Shown here piece by piece: positions 35,666-36,716 of a stretch of 36,716 nt of DNA. Positions within the stretch are counted from its first letter, which is position 1, and each line of letters opens with the position of its first letter. The position numbers and the translations under genes were made by a program. Below the pieces are notes generated by a model. The model was not told the DNA's origin and did no database searches. It was given only the letters and a program-made list of their open reading frames with translations. This DNA comes from a virus. Its lineage: Duplodnaviria; Caudoviricetes. The stretch lies in the IMG/VR virus record IMGVR_UViG_3300032257_000545, positions 1-36,716 of that record. One strand, 5' to 3'.

Positions 35666-36716
35666 ACATAACAACGCTTTCCTGTTAAAGCATTTCGGCA
35701 GCGCTGATACCATTCGCGCATGGTTCGATAGCACCAGCAATTTTGATACCCAGTTTCATTGTGAGCATCCAGAGGGCGGGCATTGCAGCCGCCGGATATG
35801 TGAGATGCCAGACGGCAAGGTAGTTGCAGTCTGCAATGATGATGAAGCGGCTTGCCCAGATCTGCCATTAACTCGTAGTGATATTCGCCTGCACACATTG
35901 AATCTCTCGAAGATAGCCGGAATTATTGCTGAGCTTACCGCAGATGCCTCAATTTACGCTGATGTGCAGTCTGCAGGGGAAGCGGTGAATTGCATACGCA
36001 TCGGCCATTACATGCCTAGAGGAACTATCCGTTTTCCAGTTTTCTTTGGATTGTCGATATATGATGGTGAGCTTGATGCAGCAATCAATTACTTGCTGAG
36101 TCTTGATAAGCCAGCAATCATGCTGCTGCCTTCAATTGAAGATGTGCCACAGGCGAAACTTAACGCAGTCAAAAGCAAAGATTCGGTGTTAATCGGGCTT
36201 CAAGACTTGCAAGCTGATAGCAGTCTTATTGATATTGCAAAAGTGGATGAGGCATTTAAGTTATTTTTTGAGGCTCAAAAAGACCCTGATCCTAAAATAA
36301 ATTGTAAGATATTTCCAGCCCCACCAGGAGCAACATGGGGAAAATTCATTTTTGAGTGGCAAGAGGAGCAGCTTCTAAACGATGCAAGAACTAAAAAGGA
36401 GCACAAAAGAGAAATTCTGATGGTTACTTGTGGAAATAAAACTATCCGTTATGAGCCAGACGATTTAAATATGTGGCATACGAGGTCAAAAAAGCCAACT
36501 CTTCAGTGGAATTTATTGGGTATCTTTATTCAAAATGGAGGGGAAATTTGCTGTGGAGGTAACGGCAATGCTGACAATGTAAAAAGTCAAAAAGCAGAGC
36601 TCATCAGGAAGATGAAAAAAGCCTTTTCCCAATCGGAAGACCCTATACCATGGGACGATGACGAGAAATGTTATAAGTGCAAGTTTGTATGTCGTAACGA
36701 ACAACAAAACCAATAA
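35631..36716 (+). CDS. Uncharacterised 361 aa protein, Cys-rich N-terminus and possible C-terminal winged helix
   Basis: AGGAGG RBS; CEHPEGGHC...VAVCNDDEAAC; C-terminal TLQWNLL...VKSQKAELIRKMKK...DPI...YKCKF. Confidence 0.8.
   Translation: MWKKLSNLPRHEHNNAFLLKHFGSADTIRAWFDSTSNFDTQFHCEHPEGGHCSRRICEMPDGKVVAVCNDDEAACPDLPLTRSDIRLHTLNLSKIAGIIAELTADASIYADVQSAGEAVNCIRIGHYMPRGTIRFPVFFGLSIYDGELDAAINYLLSLDKPAIMLLPSIEDVPQAKLNAVKSKDSVLIGLQDLQADSSLIDIAKVDEAFKLFFEAQKDPDPKINCKIFPAPPGATWGKFIFEWQEEQLLNDARTKKEHKREILMVTCGNKTIRYEPDDLNMWHTRSKKPTLQWNLLGIFIQNGGEICCGGNGNADNVKSQKAELIRKMKKAFSQSEDPIPWDDDEKCYKCKFVCRNEQQNQ

Larger units (their letters stand above)
526..36716. mobile_element. Temperate siphovirus-like prophage (lambda-type head/packaging, RcGTA-like baseplate, serine integrase); exact att ends not located
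   Basis: Contiguous lysis, tail, head, packaging, replication, integration and repressor modules with overlapping start/stop codons and no obvious gene disruption. Confidence 0.93.

Overview
The window is almost entirely one apparently intact temperate prophage of alphaproteobacterial type, about 36 kb. Minus strand, in transcription order: small ORF, DUF2924-like protein, large serine recombinase and partner; ECF-like sigma factor; replication/recombination module (Sak4-like AAA ATPase, DUF669-like SSB, SF2 helicase, Cas4-like nuclease, Toprim-AAA_25 primase/helicase, iteron-rich ori, RuvC-like resolvase); DUF6362-like HTH regulator; gpZ-like gene; cos-like site; ParB-fused DNA methylase; lambda-type terminase, gpW and portal; protease-capsid fusion; tail tube, frameshifted tail chaperone and tape measure; RcGTA-like baseplate; DUF2793 and LamG-like fibres; holin and GH24 lysozyme; then a CBS-domain gene. 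On the plus strand are two morons (a His-rich membrane protein and a HEPN protein) and a divergent operon (60 aa, LexA-family repressor, two uncharacterised proteins). The most interesting signal is non-coding: (i) a duplicated bipartite motif, probably the phage sigma's promoter, heading both the recombinase and replication operons; (ii) a lambda PR'-like late promoter with a -10-like pause element and terminator directly after DUF6362; (iii) structured RNA leaders; (iv) recurrent short palindromes inside coding sequences. Together these suggest a LexA -> unknown activator pair -> sigma -> Q-like regulator cascade, which is inference. All product calls come from motif recognition and gene order; no database search was run.
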